A DNA stretch of 64,000 bases from Gammaproteobacteria bacterium (GCA_965277715.1 OZ255836.1:3936001-4000000), one strand, 5' to 3'. Positions 48,578 to 59,143 are shown, counted from the first letter of the stretch. The notes: a model not told the origin generated them from the sequence alone. A program made the numbers and translations.

Positions 48578-48680
48578 TGTTTTATATGTTTAAGGCGTTA
48601 GCACAGGTTTATCTTGTAATAAAAACTTACAAATTATATTTGTGTGAAAAATAGTTAAATTATTGAGTATTGTCTAAATT

Positions 48681-49880
48681 ATGAACACCAGAAGTGAATC
48701 ACTGCCCATCGCACAGGCGTTGCGCGATTTTATGAAACTTGAATCGGCTGCGGGAATTCTTTTATTGATCACCGCAGCGCTTGCCATGGTGGCAGCGAAT
48801 ACGCCCATGGTGGCGCTTTATAATAGCCTGTTAGATACGCCCGTGGCTTTTCAGGTCGGTGCATTGGTTATCCAGAAACCTCTGTTACTGTGGGTCAACG
48901 ATGGACTGATGGCCATTTTTTTCTTTCTTATCGGATTAGAGATTAAGCGCGAGTTTCTCGAAGGGGAGCTGTCGTCTGCCTCCCAAGTCATGCTACCGGG
49001 TATGGGCGCGCTTGGTGGGATGGTCGTACCGGCGGGAATCTATGCGTGGATTAACTGGAACGATGCAATTGCGTTGGATGGTTGGGCAATTCCGGTAGCG
49101 ACAGATATTGCATTTGCATTGGCACTATTGACTGTCTTTGGTAGGCGCGTGCCTATCGCGCTCAAAATCTTTTTACTGACGCTGGCTATATTTGACGATC
49201 TGGCGGCTATTGTCATCATTGCATTGTTTTATTCCGGTGACCTCTCGCTGACCGCTTTATTGGTTGGTGGTACCGCCTTGGCGATAGCCATCGGTATGAA
49301 CCGAATAGGCATCACGAGCACATCGGGTTACATTCTTTTGGGCGTTGTGTTGTGGGTGGCCGTGTTGAAGTCCGGCGTGCACGCAACGCTGGCCGGTGTG
49401 CTGTTGGCATTTTGTATTCCTATGCGTGATAAACAAGGCAATTCACCGTTGCGGGAATTGGAGCACAATCTGCACGGCCCCGTTGCGTTTGCGATCCTGC
49501 CTCTATTTGCGTTTGCGAATGCAGGCTTGCCGCTATTGGATGTAGGGTTGGACGATCTTTTTCATCCCGTTACCACGGGTATTGCCGTCGGATTGTTTTT
49601 GGGTAAGCCTGTAGGCATATTGCTGGTTGTCGGTTTGGCGGTGTTATTGAAGTGGGCTGCATTGCCAAAAGGCGTGACCTGGGGGCAGCTATTGGGTGTG
49701 TCATTCGCCTGTGGCATTGGGTTTACCATGAGTCTTTTTATTGCGGGCCTGGCATTTGAGCATGGCAGTGGTGATTATTATGCCGGTGACCGGCTCGGGA
49801 TAGTGGTTGGTTCTGTTTTATCCGCCGTTTTCGCCTACCTGGTATTGCACATCAGTTTGCCAAAATTGCGCAATAACTGA
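48681..49880 (+). CDS. nhaA: Na+/H+ antiporter NhaA
   Basis: WVNDGLMAIFF, GLEIKRE, ATDIAFA, LAIFDD, SGVHAT, FAFANAG and GIGFTMS. Confidence 0.97.
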   Translation: MNTRSESLPIAQALRDFMKLESAAGILLLITAALAMVAANTPMVALYNSLLDTPVAFQVGALVIQKPLLLWVNDGLMAIFFFLIGLEIKREFLEGELSSASQVMLPGMGALGGMVVPAGIYAWINWNDAIALDGWAIPVATDIAFALALLTVFGRRVPIALKIFLLTLAIFDDLAAIVIIALFYSGDLSLTALLVGGTALAIAIGMNRIGITSTSGYILLGVVLWVAVLKSGVHATLAGVLLAFCIPMRDKQGNSPLRELEHNLHGPVAFAILPLFAFANAGLPLLDVGLDDLFHPVTTGIAVGLFLGKPVGILLVVGLAVLLKWAALPKGVTWGQLLGVSFACGIGFTMSLFIAGLAFEHGSGDYYAGDRLGIVVGSVLSAVFAYLVLHISLPKLRNN

Positions 49881-49900
49881 GAATATATAAAACTCAACAC

Positions 49901-50470
49901 TTAATTCGCCATGAGCACCTGATCGATTGCGCTAATGATGTGATCCAAACCCTCATCAAGCCCTTTCATCTGATAGTGAATTCGCCCGTGTTTATCGAGC
50001 ACAGTGATCATATTGGAATGCGCAATATCATTCCCCTCACTATCCATCGGTTTATAGCGCACACCAATTAGCGCCGATAGTTCTAATACATCGTCGGGGT
50101 CGCCGTTTAGTATGTTCCAGACACCGTTTACCAGGGTGTGATCGCGCATGTAGCGAACCAGAACATCGGGTGTGTCACGCACTGGGTCGAGCGATATTAA
50201 CAAAAATTGAATGTGCTTTTTTTGTTCTGCCGATAACGTCGCCTCTAGACTTTTTAACCTGGCTAGAATAATCGGACAACTGTGTTCACAGTAGGTATAG
50301 ATAAATGCTACAACCTGCACTTTGCCAGTAAAATCGCTGATTGTGATTGGGGTGCTATTTTGATCGACCCAATTGGAATTAGCGTGATAGATCGAATCAC
50401 CGGGTAACTCGGCAGCGATAGCGTATCCAGGGAAGAAAAATATCAGCAGAAATAATTTAATTGTTTTCAT
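49901..50470 (-). CDS. SCO1/SenC copper chaperone
   Basis: YTYCEHSCP (CxxxC), ISLDPVRD and HSN. Confidence 0.9.
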   Translation of the reverse strand: MKTIKLFLLIFFFPGYAIAAELPGDSIYHANSNWVDQNSTPITISDFTGKVQVVAFIYTYCEHSCPIILARLKSLEATLSAEQKKHIQFLLISLDPVRDTPDVLVRYMRDHTLVNGVWNILNGDPDDVLELSALIGVRYKPMDSEGNDIAHSNMITVLDKHGRIHYQMKGLDEGLDHIISAIDQVLMAN

Positions 50471-51293
50471 TGTCATGCCCCCTAGAATTGGTTGCTGTGG
50501 CATCGTCACTGTCTGTATTTTTTGCGCAGCGAAACCCCAGTGATTCCATTGTGTAACTCGCCCGGTAACTGCTGCGCAAGGCGTATCGCATAAACGCGGC
50601 ATAATCACTCGGATCGATCGCAGCGGCTGCACCTGCACCGCAAAATAATTGGCTTTCCAATTGTGTATCACCACGGGATTCTCCCGTCACCAGTGCGGTA
50701 TTAAAATCACTCACTAACTCCCATACGATGCCGTGCATACCGTGGACTCCCCAGAAATTGGCGGGTGTATCGTCAATATTGGGTAGTGGATCGCTTGCCG
50801 GTCTGGCGTACCAGTCGAGTATTGTGCGCTGAAATTGTGGGTCTTCATTACCGTTTGCAGCACTGGCGCTCGCCTGGGCGGCGAATTCCCACTCGCCGGT
50901 TGATGGCAGGCGTTTACCGAGTGATTTGCAATAGGCGCGTGCCGCAAACCACGGGATATTCACCACAGGCTGGTTGGCGACAGCGGGAAAACTCTCTGCC
51001 GATAGATGTTTTAGGTAATTTGCGTCGCTGAAAATGGGTTTTATATTGTGTTTTTTCCAACGGGGGACTTTATCAGTGAAGGCAAGATAGTCCTTATTGC
51101 TAACTGCAAATCGATCGAGTACAAATGCGTTAATCTCAATGTCGCTGGAACCGTCGGCGCGCTTGAACAACGGTGAGTAGCGCCCACCAGGTATCAATAC
51201 CATCGTGTCACTGGCGTGTACTGCCCACGAATGTGCAATTAAAAGCAGGCCACCGCACCATGCCGTGGCCCGCTTTCTGTACAGCGCGTTCAT
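50457..51293 (-). CDS. Formylglycine-generating enzyme family (NirV-like) periplasmic protein
   Basis: PVVNIPWFAARAYC, RLPSTGEWE, MHGIVWE and LGFRCA. Confidence 0.85.
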   Translation of the reverse strand: MNALYRKRATAWCGGLLLIAHSWAVHASDTMVLIPGGRYSPLFKRADGSSDIEINAFVLDRFAVSNKDYLAFTDKVPRWKKHNIKPIFSDANYLKHLSAESFPAVANQPVVNIPWFAARAYCKSLGKRLPSTGEWEFAAQASASAANGNEDPQFQRTILDWYARPASDPLPNIDDTPANFWGVHGMHGIVWELVSDFNTALVTGESRGDTQLESQLFCGAGAAAAIDPSDYAAFMRYALRSSYRASYTMESLGFRCAKNTDSDDATATNSRGHDNENN

Positions 51294-51297
51294 CGTC

Positions 51298-52722
51298 TCA
51301 GTGCTGTGCGCGTTTTGCGGCAACTTGCTGTGGTGTAATTTCACCGCCGTTGTTACCCCAGCTGTTCAAGATGAAAGTCAGCACATTGGCCATTTTTTCA
51401 TCACCTAGCTGTACCGCAGGCATAATGCCTTTATAGTTTTGTCCATTGACGGTAATTTTTCCTGACAAACCTTTTAGCAATACGTCGATTGCACGTGATG
51501 GGTCGCTTAGTAAGTAGTCTGAACCGGCGAGTGGTGGAAACGCGTTTGTAATACCCGTGCCGTTTGCCTGGTGGCAGGCGGCACAGTTTTGTTGATACAC
51601 GCGTTCACCAAATAAAATGCGCTCGGATTTATTTTTAGCGCCTGCGGCGGGGATACCACTGGCAATTGTTTGTATACCCCCACCTTCGGGTAGGTACACA
51701 GTCTCCTGTTGTTTACCTGAATAAATTACCGAATCGTCTGCGCCGTTGACTTTCAACATACCCAGCGCACCTTTGTTAAATGCGCGGAAAATAGCGTGAT
51801 CGACGAGGATAAATGTACCCGGCACATCGACGCGAAACTCGACCACCACGGAGCCACCTGCGGGCACCAGTGTCGATTGCACGTTGTGATTAATCAGGTC
51901 ACCGCCTTCAACGTAGACATTATCAAAAATTTCGCCGATCACGTGAAATGATGAAACTAAATTAGGGCCGCCATTGCCCACGAATAAGCGCACTGTTTCA
52001 CCGACATTAGCGGTTATCGCATTATCGCCCGCCATCGCTCCGACCGAACCATTGAACACAACATAATCAGGTATTTCGCTGAGCGCTTTTTGCATATCGA
52101 AGGGTTGCAAACCTTCTTCACCGTAACCCCCGTGCGTGTAAAATTCGCTTTGCATCACGTAATATTCTTTATCTACTTTGGGTAGCCCATCTTCTGGCTC
52201 AACCAAAATCAGCCCGTACATACCGTTGGCAATATGCATACCGACCGGCGCCGTTGCGCAATGGTAAACATACAGGCCGGGGTTGATTGCTTTAAATGAA
52301 AACTGTGAAGAGTGGCCGGGTGCGGTGAACGAGGACGTCGCGCCGCCGCCAGGCCCGGTTACTGCGTGTAAATCAATATTGTGGGGCATTTTGCTGGTCG
52401 GGTGATTGTTGAGATGAAACTCGATTTCATCGCCTTCACGAACGCGGATAAAATGGCCTGGCACATCACCACCAAATGTCCAGAAAGTGTATTCAACACC
52501 ATCGGAAAGCCGTCCGACTTTCTCTATTGTATCCAGGTTGATAATCACCTTCGCCGGATAGTTCCGCGTAATGGGTGGCGGTACCTGCGGTGCCACGGTG
52601 AGTTGTGCATGTTCTTCGGGCAATGCCGCGTTAGCGACTGAGAAGTATGACATTGCCAGTACAACAGACAGGGCTTTTAACCACGGCTCGATACATCTCG
52701 ATTGCGCTTTCTCACGTTTCAT
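51298..52722 (-). CDS. nirK: Copper nitrite reductase with C-terminal cytochrome c domain
   Basis: [31 protein letters not shown] and VDH copper ligands; heme motif CAACH. Confidence 0.95.
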   Translation of the reverse strand: MKREKAQSRCIEPWLKALSVVLAMSYFSVANAALPEEHAQLTVAPQVPPPITRNYPAKVIINLDTIEKVGRLSDGVEYTFWTFGGDVPGHFIRVREGDEIEFHLNNHPTSKMPHNIDLHAVTGPGGGATSSFTAPGHSSQFSFKAINPGLYVYHCATAPVGMHIANGMYGLILVEPEDGLPKVDKEYYVMQSEFYTHGGYGEEGLQPFDMQKALSEIPDYVVFNGSVGAMAGDNAITANVGETVRLFVGNGGPNLVSSFHVIGEIFDNVYVEGGDLINHNVQSTLVPAGGSVVVEFRVDVPGTFILVDHAIFRAFNKGALGMLKVNGADDSVIYSGKQQETVYLPEGGGIQTIASGIPAAGAKNKSERILFGERVYQQNCAACHQANGTGITNAFPPLAGSDYLLSDPSRAIDVLLKGLSGKITVNGQNYKGIMPAVQLGDEKMANVLTFILNSWGNNGGEITPQQVAAKRAQH

Positions 52723-52906
52723 TTTCAATACCCTCAAGGTGAGTAATTTTTCTCATAGATACTTGCGTATCTTGGCCATTTAGAAATATTGTGATTTGGG
52801 CAGGTCGATGTTTTAAAAATTGAAAGTTCGATCAGGCGCACCTGTATTAATACCCACGACCATAATCTCTTCACTTAATTATTAATGGCTGTACCGTTTT
52901 AGGATA

Positions 52907-52941
52907 CTGATTAAGATCGAGTTTTTATTGATCTGTATCAA
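52907..52941. promoter_or_regulatory. FNR/DNR-type boxes upstream of nirK
   Basis: Perfect TTGAT-CTGT-ATCAA at 52928-52941 and degenerate CTGAT-TAAG-ATCGA at 52907-52920. Confidence 0.85.
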
Positions 52942-53099
52942 TAGAATTGGGTTTTTAGCAATCGAGATAGAGATCGTCCATGAGTGCTAACAAGCGAAGG
53001 AGGCGTACTCAGAATGCTTGAGCTAAGGCGTTGCTATCGATAAATGTAGCTTTTGGTTGGCAAATACAGCCAAAAGTTACATTAGGGGAGGAGAAACCA

Positions 53100-53124
53100 G
53101 CTACCCCCAAGAATAGGGGGTAGC
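53100..53124 (-). terminator. Hairpin downstream of fhs, probable terminator
   Basis: GCTACCCCC-aagaata-GGGGGTAGC, with a second hairpin at 53043-53083. Confidence 0.55.
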
Positions 53125-53128
53125 ATTC

Positions 53129-53157
53129 AACCTAAATTCCTCTGCGGAATTCAGGTT
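53129..53157. repeat. Family A palindrome, short copy
   Basis: AACCTAAATTCC-tctgc-GGAATTCAGGTT. Confidence 0.75.
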
Positions 53158-53171
53158 CAAGCAATTTAAAG

Positions 53172-54848
53172 CTAAAACAACCCCTCAACAACGCCCGCAT
53201 CATTAATGCGAATATGATTGGCCGAAGGCACACGCGGCAACCCAGGCATGGTCATAATGTCACCGCAAACCACTACCATAAACTCCGCTCCGGCAGATAA
53301 ACGCACGTCGCGAATCGAGACGGTGTGGCCACTGGGCGCGCCCATCAATGTCTGGTCGGTAGAGAAGCTGTACTGGGTTTTGGCCATGCACACAGGAAAA
53401 TGACCGTGGCCAGCATTTTGAAACCCCTCGATTTTTTGGCGGACCTTGTTGTCGGCAATAATACCTTCAGCCCCGTATAGTTTGGTGGCGATGGTTTCGA
53501 TTTTGTCCCATAGTGGCATTTCATCAGGGTACAGCGGTGCAAACTGGCTGCTGTCACTGTCGGCAATCTCTGCCACCCGGTGTGCCAATGCCTCGGCACC
53601 TGCGCCACCATCCGCCCAGTGCTTACACACAAACGCTTCACTGCCAACAGCGGCGACGGCCTCCTGGATGGCGGCGACTTCCGCCTCGGTGTCACCCGAG
53701 AAGTGGTTGATGCCAACCACAGCCGGTACGCCAAAGCTGTTGACGTTGCTAATATGGCGCAGGAGGTTGGCGCAGCCTTGTTTTACGGCATCGACATTTT
53801 CTGGCCCCAGCTCGGTTTTGGCGACCCCACCGTGCATTTTTAATGCACGCACCGTCGCGACGATGACAACCGCACTTGGCGCCAATCCGGCTTTGCGGCA
53901 TTTGATATCGAAGAATTTCTCAGCACCGAGATCGGCACCAAAACCGGCTTCGGTGACAACGTAGTCGGCCAGGCTCAGTGCGGTTTTGGTGGCGACGACG
54001 GAGTTACAGCCGTGGGCGATGTTGGCAAATGGGCCGCCGTGGATAAGTACCGGGTTGTTTTCCAGTGTTTGTACCAGATTGGGGTGGAAGGCTTCACGCA
54101 GTAATACGGTCATGGCGCCGTGAGCGTCGAGCTGGCGGGCAGTGACGGGCTGCATATCGCGGGTGTGGGCAACGACGATGTTGCCGAGGCGGTTTTCCAG
54201 GTCTTCGAGGTCGCTTGCCAGGCAGAATATGGCCATGACTTCAGAGGCCACGGTGATGTCGAAGCCGTCTTCACGTGGAAAGCCATTACCGGGGCCGCCG
54301 AGCGAGATGGCCGCCTGGCGCAGGGCGCGGTCGTTCATATCGAGTGCACGGCGCCATTGAATGCGGCGGGAGTCGATGTTGAGTGCGTTGCCCCAGTGGA
54401 TGTGGTTGTCGAGCAGGGCGGCGAGCAGGTTGTTGGCGGCACCGATGGCATGAAAGTCACCGGTAAAGTGTAGGTTGATGTCTTCCATCGGTACGACTTG
54501 TGCGTAGCCACCACCCGCCGCGCCACCTTTTACACCAAATACCGGGCCAAGACTGGGTTCACGCAGGGCCATTATGGCGTTTTTGCCGATGCGATTGAGG
54601 GCGTCACCCAGGCCGATAGTGGTAGTGGTTTTACCTTCACCCGCTGGTGTGGGAGAGATGGCGGTAACCAGGATCAGCTTGCCGTCGCGCTGGTTTTCAC
54701 CCAGCTTATCGGTGAGGATTTTTGCCTTGTGAGGGCCAAATTGGTAGAGCGCTTCGGCGGGTATATTGGCTTTGCCAGCAATGCTGTTAATCGACTGCAT
54801 ACTGGCAGCGCGGGCGATTTCTATATCGGTTTTTACTTCGTTGGCCAC
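53172..54848 (-). CDS. fhs: Formate--tetrahydrofolate ligase
   Basis: [36 protein letters not shown] and MTMPGLP. Confidence 0.97.
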   Translation of the reverse strand: MANEVKTDIEIARAASMQSINSIAGKANIPAEALYQFGPHKAKILTDKLGENQRDGKLILVTAISPTPAGEGKTTTTIGLGDALNRIGKNAIMALREPSLGPVFGVKGGAAGGGYAQVVPMEDINLHFTGDFHAIGAANNLLAALLDNHIHWGNALNIDSRRIQWRRALDMNDRALRQAAISLGGPGNGFPREDGFDITVASEVMAIFCLASDLEDLENRLGNIVVAHTRDMQPVTARQLDAHGAMTVLLREAFHPNLVQTLENNPVLIHGGPFANIAHGCNSVVATKTALSLADYVVTEAGFGADLGAEKFFDIKCRKAGLAPSAVVIVATVRALKMHGGVAKTELGPENVDAVKQGCANLLRHISNVNSFGVPAVVGINHFSGDTEAEVAAIQEAVAAVGSEAFVCKHWADGGAGAEALAHRVAEIADSDSSQFAPLYPDEMPLWDKIETIATKLYGAEGIIADNKVRQKIEGFQNAGHGHFPVCMAKTQYSFSTDQTLMGAPSGHTVSIRDVRLSAGAEFMVVVCGDIMTMPGLPRVPSANHIRINDAGVVEGLF

Positions 54849-55217
54849 AGTGGTTACCTCGGTTGTCTATAAAGGTGAGCGGGGTCAATGGGGTGTGCCT
54901 TAACCGCCCGGTTGATTCTGGTTTTTTAGATTGAAGATTCAAAAAGTGGGTTGCCAAGTGTCCGCAGCCCCCCCGTATATTAACGCTGGCATTATACGTT
55001 TTCAGGTTTTTATATGATTGGTGCTAAAACGCCTGTTTTTTGTGTGGGGCGGCCATAGGGTTTATCAATCAGCCGATTGGTTGGCGATTGGTTGGCGATT
55101 GGGTTTTAGTAAAATATTTTCCGGCACTTTCTACAGCAGGGTGCAGAGGAGGGGGATCCCCTGAAAGACTCGCGTTCTTAGTCGGCATTTTCTAGGCGTA
55201 CTGTTTTTAGCACTTTT

Positions 55218-55302
55218 TTGGTAGTGAGGCATTGTTAACTTTTCCAGGTGTGCCAAGGGCTTTTGCCGGGTTTCATTTTGTTCGGTAACTGCGTTTTCCA
55301 GG
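55218..55302. repeat. Degenerate partial relative of the family C MITE
   Basis: 55238-55262 matches 32261-32285 at 24/25 positions; ends in GTTTTCCAGG, like the MITE right end. Confidence 0.6.
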
Positions 55303-55483
55303 TTTAGGTGAAAGAGGATCTGCTTCCAGGCGGCTATCAGGTTTCAGTGTGCCTGGTATTGGCGTAAGCGGGTAACCCCGTGTCGTTTGAGTGCTAGTTT
55401 ATTCGTATTTGACGCCTTAGCATCCGCCGACTGCGGTCGCTATATTGTACCGCTTAGTGAATTTAGCCTTGGAGGTATCAAGC

Positions 55484-56197
55484 ATGTCCGACGAAGAGCA
55501 AATGGATGACGATATTGATTTAGCATCGTTACCCGATGATGAGTTGGTCGAGCAAATGCACGACGATCTTTACGACGGTTTGAAAGAAGAGATCGAAGAG
55601 GGCACGAATATTCTATTGGGCCGTGGTTGGGCCGCAGATAAGGTGTTGGCCGAGGCACTGGTCGGCGGTATGACGATTGTCGGCATCGATTTTCGCGATG
55701 GCATTTTGTTTGTGCCCGAGGTGTTGATGGCGGCCAACGCGATGAAAGGTGGCATGGCCATATTGCGCCCATTGCTGGCGGAAACCGGCGCCGAGTCGGT
55801 GGGCAGTATGGTAATTGGCACGGTGAAGGGCGATATTCACGACATCGGCAAAAACCTGGTGGGAATGATGATGGAGGGCGCGGGCTTTGAAGTGTTCGAC
55901 CTCGGCATCAATAATCCGGTGGAGGATTATCTGGCGGCGCTCGAAGAACACAAACCGGAAATCCTCGGTATGTCGGCGCTGTTGACCACCACCATGCCCT
56001 ATATGAAAGTGGTTATTGATGAGCTTAAAGCCAAAGGCCTGCGTGACGATTATATTGTGCTTGTTGGTGGCGCGCCGCTAAATGATGAATTTGGCCAGGC
56101 GATTGGTGCCGATGCGTATTGCCGCGATGCCGCTGTAGCGGTTGAAACCGCCAAGGCGCTGGTGCTTGAGCGGCGTGAAAAATTAAAATCCGCCTGA
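55484..56197 (+). CDS. Cobalamin-binding corrinoid protein
   Basis: GDIHDIG (DxHxxG), SALLTTT and VGGAP; GGAGGT SD; very acidic N-terminus. Confidence 0.93.
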   Translation: MSDEEQMDDDIDLASLPDDELVEQMHDDLYDGLKEEIEEGTNILLGRGWAADKVLAEALVGGMTIVGIDFRDGILFVPEVLMAANAMKGGMAILRPLLAETGAESVGSMVIGTVKGDIHDIGKNLVGMMMEGAGFEVFDLGINNPVEDYLAALEEHKPEILGMSALLTTTMPYMKVVIDELKAKGLRDDYIVLVGGAPLNDEFGQAIGADAYCRDAAVAVETAKALVLERREKLKSA

Positions 56198-56218
56198 TTG
56201 CACTGCTGTGTTATCCCG

Positions 56219-56415
56219 AGCACACCGGCTACCTTATATTGACGGGTTCAGCGCAACGCCCAACAAATTAATGTTACACGACGGGTTAGCCCACAGACAC
56301 CCCAGAACTGGGTTGTTTTTACTCACCATAACACCACTATGGCTGCGTAAAAACGCCTTGCTCTGCCACGCTTGTGGGCTAACTGAACCCGACAATAGCA
56401 GGCAGACAGTGTGCT
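56219..56415. mobile_element. 197-bp MITE-like element (family B) with 33-bp imperfect terminal inverted repeats
   Basis: 56219-56251 versus 56383-56415 are complementary at 27/33 positions. Nested stems GTTAGCCCACA/TGTGGGCTAAC and GTTTTTAC/GTAAAAAC. Confidence 0.7.
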
Positions 56416-56448
56416 AGTACTTTCTTCCCTGGCTATAAGCATGCAACG

Positions 56449-57147
56449 ATGAACAGCACATCTGAAACGGTGATTATCGCGTGTGGCGCACTGGCACGTG
56501 AAATCACCGCGCTGATAAGCGTCAATAACTGGCAGCATCTGCGCATTGAGTGCCTGCCCGCCAGGTTGCACAACACCCCGCTGGAGATCGCCCCGGCGGT
56601 GCGCGAGAAAATCCATCACCTTCATGGACTGGGCCACACCCGGTTATTTGTCGCCTACGGTGATTGCGGTACGGGCGGTGCACTGGATCGTGTGCTTGAG
56701 GAAGAGGGCATCGAGCGTTTACCGGGGCCACACTGCTACTCTTTCTTTGCCGGTGAGGCGGCGTTTGAAGCGCTGCACAACGCCGAGCTTGGTACGTTTT
56801 ACCTCACCGATTTTCTGGTACGTCACTTTGACCGCCTGATTATTCGCGATATGGGAATCGAAAAACATCCCGAGTTGTTGCCTATGTACTTTGGCAATTA
56901 TAAAAAACTGGTGTACCTGGCGCAGACCGACGATGCGGCACTGCGCGATCAGGCACAACAGGCAGCCCGGCGTTTGGGGCTGGCGTACGAATACCATGCG
57001 ACCGGTTACGGCGGTCTGCATGCCGCATTAAACACGCTGGCCACGCGGCCACCCGACGCTGTTGCCCATCGAACTGCCCACCGGGCTGATCACCAGGTTG
57101 ATCACCAGGCCACTCACCAACAGGAAACCATTACATGGCACGCATGA
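56449..57147 (+). CDS. DUF1638-family protein
   Basis: IIACGALARE, LHNTP, YGDCGTGG, HCY and FYLTDFL; typical of corrinoid methyltransferase clusters. Confidence 0.85.
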   Translation: MNSTSETVIIACGALAREITALISVNNWQHLRIECLPARLHNTPLEIAPAVREKIHHLHGLGHTRLFVAYGDCGTGGALDRVLEEEGIERLPGPHCYSFFAGEAAFEALHNAELGTFYLTDFLVRHFDRLIIRDMGIEKHPELLPMYFGNYKKLVYLAQTDDAALRDQAQQAARRLGLAYEYHATGYGGLHAALNTLATRPPDAVAHRTAHRADHQVDHQATHQQETITWHA

Positions 57148-57434
57148 CCGTTGTTTATTGGCGTGATATTCCCGCGCAAGTCATCGTTAAGCAGGGTCGT
57201 CAATCGGCCAAGGCAAAACTCTCTGAGCGTTTTGAGCACGGTATCGACCGCGCCGCGATGCGGGCGGGCCGTGGCGGCAGTGATGCCTACCTGGAGGATT
57301 GGCGCCGCGAGAATGAAGACTGTGGCAGCGGTGATATGCAGGCGTTGGCGGATGCACGCGCCGCCGGGCTGGAAGCCGAATACGATGCCGTGCGGCTGGA
57401 AAAATTAGTAAAGGCGGGCGGTAACGCTGAATAA
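57135..57434 (+). CDS. Small conserved protein ('Virulence factor' family) of corrinoid clusters
   Basis: YWRDIPAQV, IDRAAM and YLEDWR. Confidence 0.8.
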   Translation: MARMTVVYWRDIPAQVIVKQGRQSAKAKLSERFEHGIDRAAMRAGRGGSDAYLEDWRRENEDCGSGDMQALADARAAGLEAEYDAVRLEKLVKAGGNAE

Positions 57435-57574
57435 AAGATGTGGATTGTAGGCCATGTCGCCGATACGTATGAAGTAGGCCATTGATGCATAGCATCTGTG
57501 GGCCAAGGTGATGAAAATCCCGTCGGTTTACAACGCAGATTTGTAACCCTAAAAAACGCACTATAGAGAAGCTG

Positions 57575-57616
57575 AATACCCCCAAATGGATGGATATCCA
57601 TTTGGGGGTATTTTTT
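57575..57616 (+). terminator. Strong hairpin plus U-tract immediately upstream of the methyltransferase SD
   Basis: 17-bp perfect stem AATACCCCCAAATGGAT/ATCCATTTGGGGGTATT running into a T tract. Confidence 0.65.
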
Positions 57617-57628
57617 GAGGATTTGAAT

Positions 57629-58528
57629 ATGACAGATACAGTGGTCGGCTCCGCCAGTAAAGAGGTGGTTATTGGCTTTGAACGACCGTTTGTGATTATT
57701 GGCGAACGCATTAACCCCACCGGGCGCAAAATTCTCGCCGCTGAAATGAAAGCGGGGGATTACACGCGGGTTGAGGCGGATGCTATCGCACAGGTAAAGG
57801 CGGGCGCGCACATGCTCGATGTCAACGCGGGCATTCCGCTGGCCGATGAACCGGCGATTCTCGCCGAGGCGATCCAGCGTGTGCAGGCGTTGACCGATAC
57901 CCCGCTGTGTATCGATTCCTCGATTGTCGAGGCACTGGAGCGCGGCTTATCGGTTTACAATGGCAAAGCGCTGGTAAATTCAGTGACCGGTGAAGACGAG
58001 CAAATGGAGCGGGTATTGCCGCTGGTGGCAAAATACGGTGCCGCCGTGGTGGCGATTTCCAACGATGAGACCGGCATATCTGAAGACCCAAACGTGCGCT
58101 TTGAAGTGGCGAGGAAAATCGTCAACCGCGCCAGTGATTACGGTATTCCGGCGTGTGATGTGGTGGTCGATCCACTGGTTATGCCTATCGGCGCCATCAA
58201 CACGGCCGGTGTGCAGGTGATGGCATTGATTCATCGCCTGAAACACGAGCTAAAGGTCAACAGCACCTGCGGCGCGTCTAATGTCAGCTTTGGTCTGCCC
58301 AACCGCAACGGCGTTAACTCGGCGTTTTTGACGATGGCGATTGCGGCGGGGCTGACCTCGGCGATTACCAACCCACTGCACGAGGAAGTCCTGCTGGCGA
58401 CACGGGGCGCCGATGTGATGATGGGCCATGACCCCAACTGCGCCCGCTGGATCAGCCATTACCGCGAACCGCCCGCTGAGGGTGCAGAAGGAGGGCGGGG
58501 TAACCGCCGCAGGCGCCGCGCCTCATAG
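57629..58528 (+). CDS. Methyltetrahydrofolate:corrinoid methyltransferase (pterin-binding domain)
   Basis: IIGERINPTG, LDVNAG, IDSS, VDPLV and GASNVSFGLP. Confidence 0.92.
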   Translation: MTDTVVGSASKEVVIGFERPFVIIGERINPTGRKILAAEMKAGDYTRVEADAIAQVKAGAHMLDVNAGIPLADEPAILAEAIQRVQALTDTPLCIDSSIVEALERGLSVYNGKALVNSVTGEDEQMERVLPLVAKYGAAVVAISNDETGISEDPNVRFEVARKIVNRASDYGIPACDVVVDPLVMPIGAINTAGVQVMALIHRLKHELKVNSTCGASNVSFGLPNRNGVNSAFLTMAIAAGLTSAITNPLHEEVLLATRGADVMMGHDPNCARWISHYREPPAEGAEGGRGNRRRRRAS

Positions 58529-58578
58529 CGCTGGCACGGCACGTAATCCACACCACACTCACTGATAGGGGATAGGCA

Positions 58579-58989
58579 ATGGCTGATAACAACATAACCG
58601 GCACAGGCCGTTGCCTTTGCGGGGCGATACGCTATACCGTTCACGGCCCTCTGCGCAAGGCGATCGCCTGTCACTGCAAACAGTGTCAGCGCGCCTCGGG
58701 GGCCTATTTTATGGCCACCAACGCCGCGCTCGACGCGGTGAAAATCGACGACTCGGCGAATACGCTGCAATGGTTTCGCGACCCGGAAGGTGATTGGGCC
58801 GAGCGTGGTTTTTGCAGCCGTTGCGGTTCCAATCTCTTCTGGAAGCGCGATGGTGCGGGCACCTTAAGCATCACCGCAGGCACCCTGGATGACCCCAGTG
58901 GCTTAGAACTGATAAAACATATCTTTGTCGATTACAAAGGTGGTTACTACACAATTAATGACGGCCTACCGCAGCACCCCGAAAGCTGA
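58579..58989 (+). CDS. GFA family (glutathione-dependent formaldehyde-activating-like) protein
   Basis: GRCLCG, CHCKQC and FCSRCGS. Confidence 0.88.
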   Translation: MADNNITGTGRCLCGAIRYTVHGPLRKAIACHCKQCQRASGAYFMATNAALDAVKIDDSANTLQWFRDPEGDWAERGFCSRCGSNLFWKRDGAGTLSITAGTLDDPSGLELIKHIFVDYKGGYYTINDGLPQHPES

Positions 58990-59027
58990 TACAAAGGGGC
59001 TGGAGACTACGGCGCTGGCGAGGGCTT

Positions 59028-59117
59028 TTAACCTAAATTCCGCAGTTGAATTGTAGCGAGGGCGTCTAAGGTGCTGAAGGTGGTCGCAGTAGACTCAACT
59101 GCGGAATTTAGGTTTAA
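59028..59117. repeat. Family A element, long copy (90 bp)
   Basis: TTAACCTAAATTCCGCAGTTGA ... TCAACTGCGGAATTTAGGTTTAA around a unique core. Confidence 0.88.
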
Positions 59118-59143
59118 GGCACCCTCTTATCGGAGAATATTGT

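Noticed and set aside
53039-53083. GATAAATGTAGCT resembling the 3' part of a SAM-II riboswitch
   Set aside because: The 5' half is absent, the sequence is one arm of a simple hairpin, and no + strand gene follows.
55074-55102. 11-bp tandem CGATTGGTTGG
   Set aside because: Short intergenic microduplication with no supporting context.
54849-55483. ZTP or cobalamin riboswitch between fhs and the corrinoid gene
   Set aside because: Consensus cores were not found by eye on either strand; an Rfam scan would settle it.
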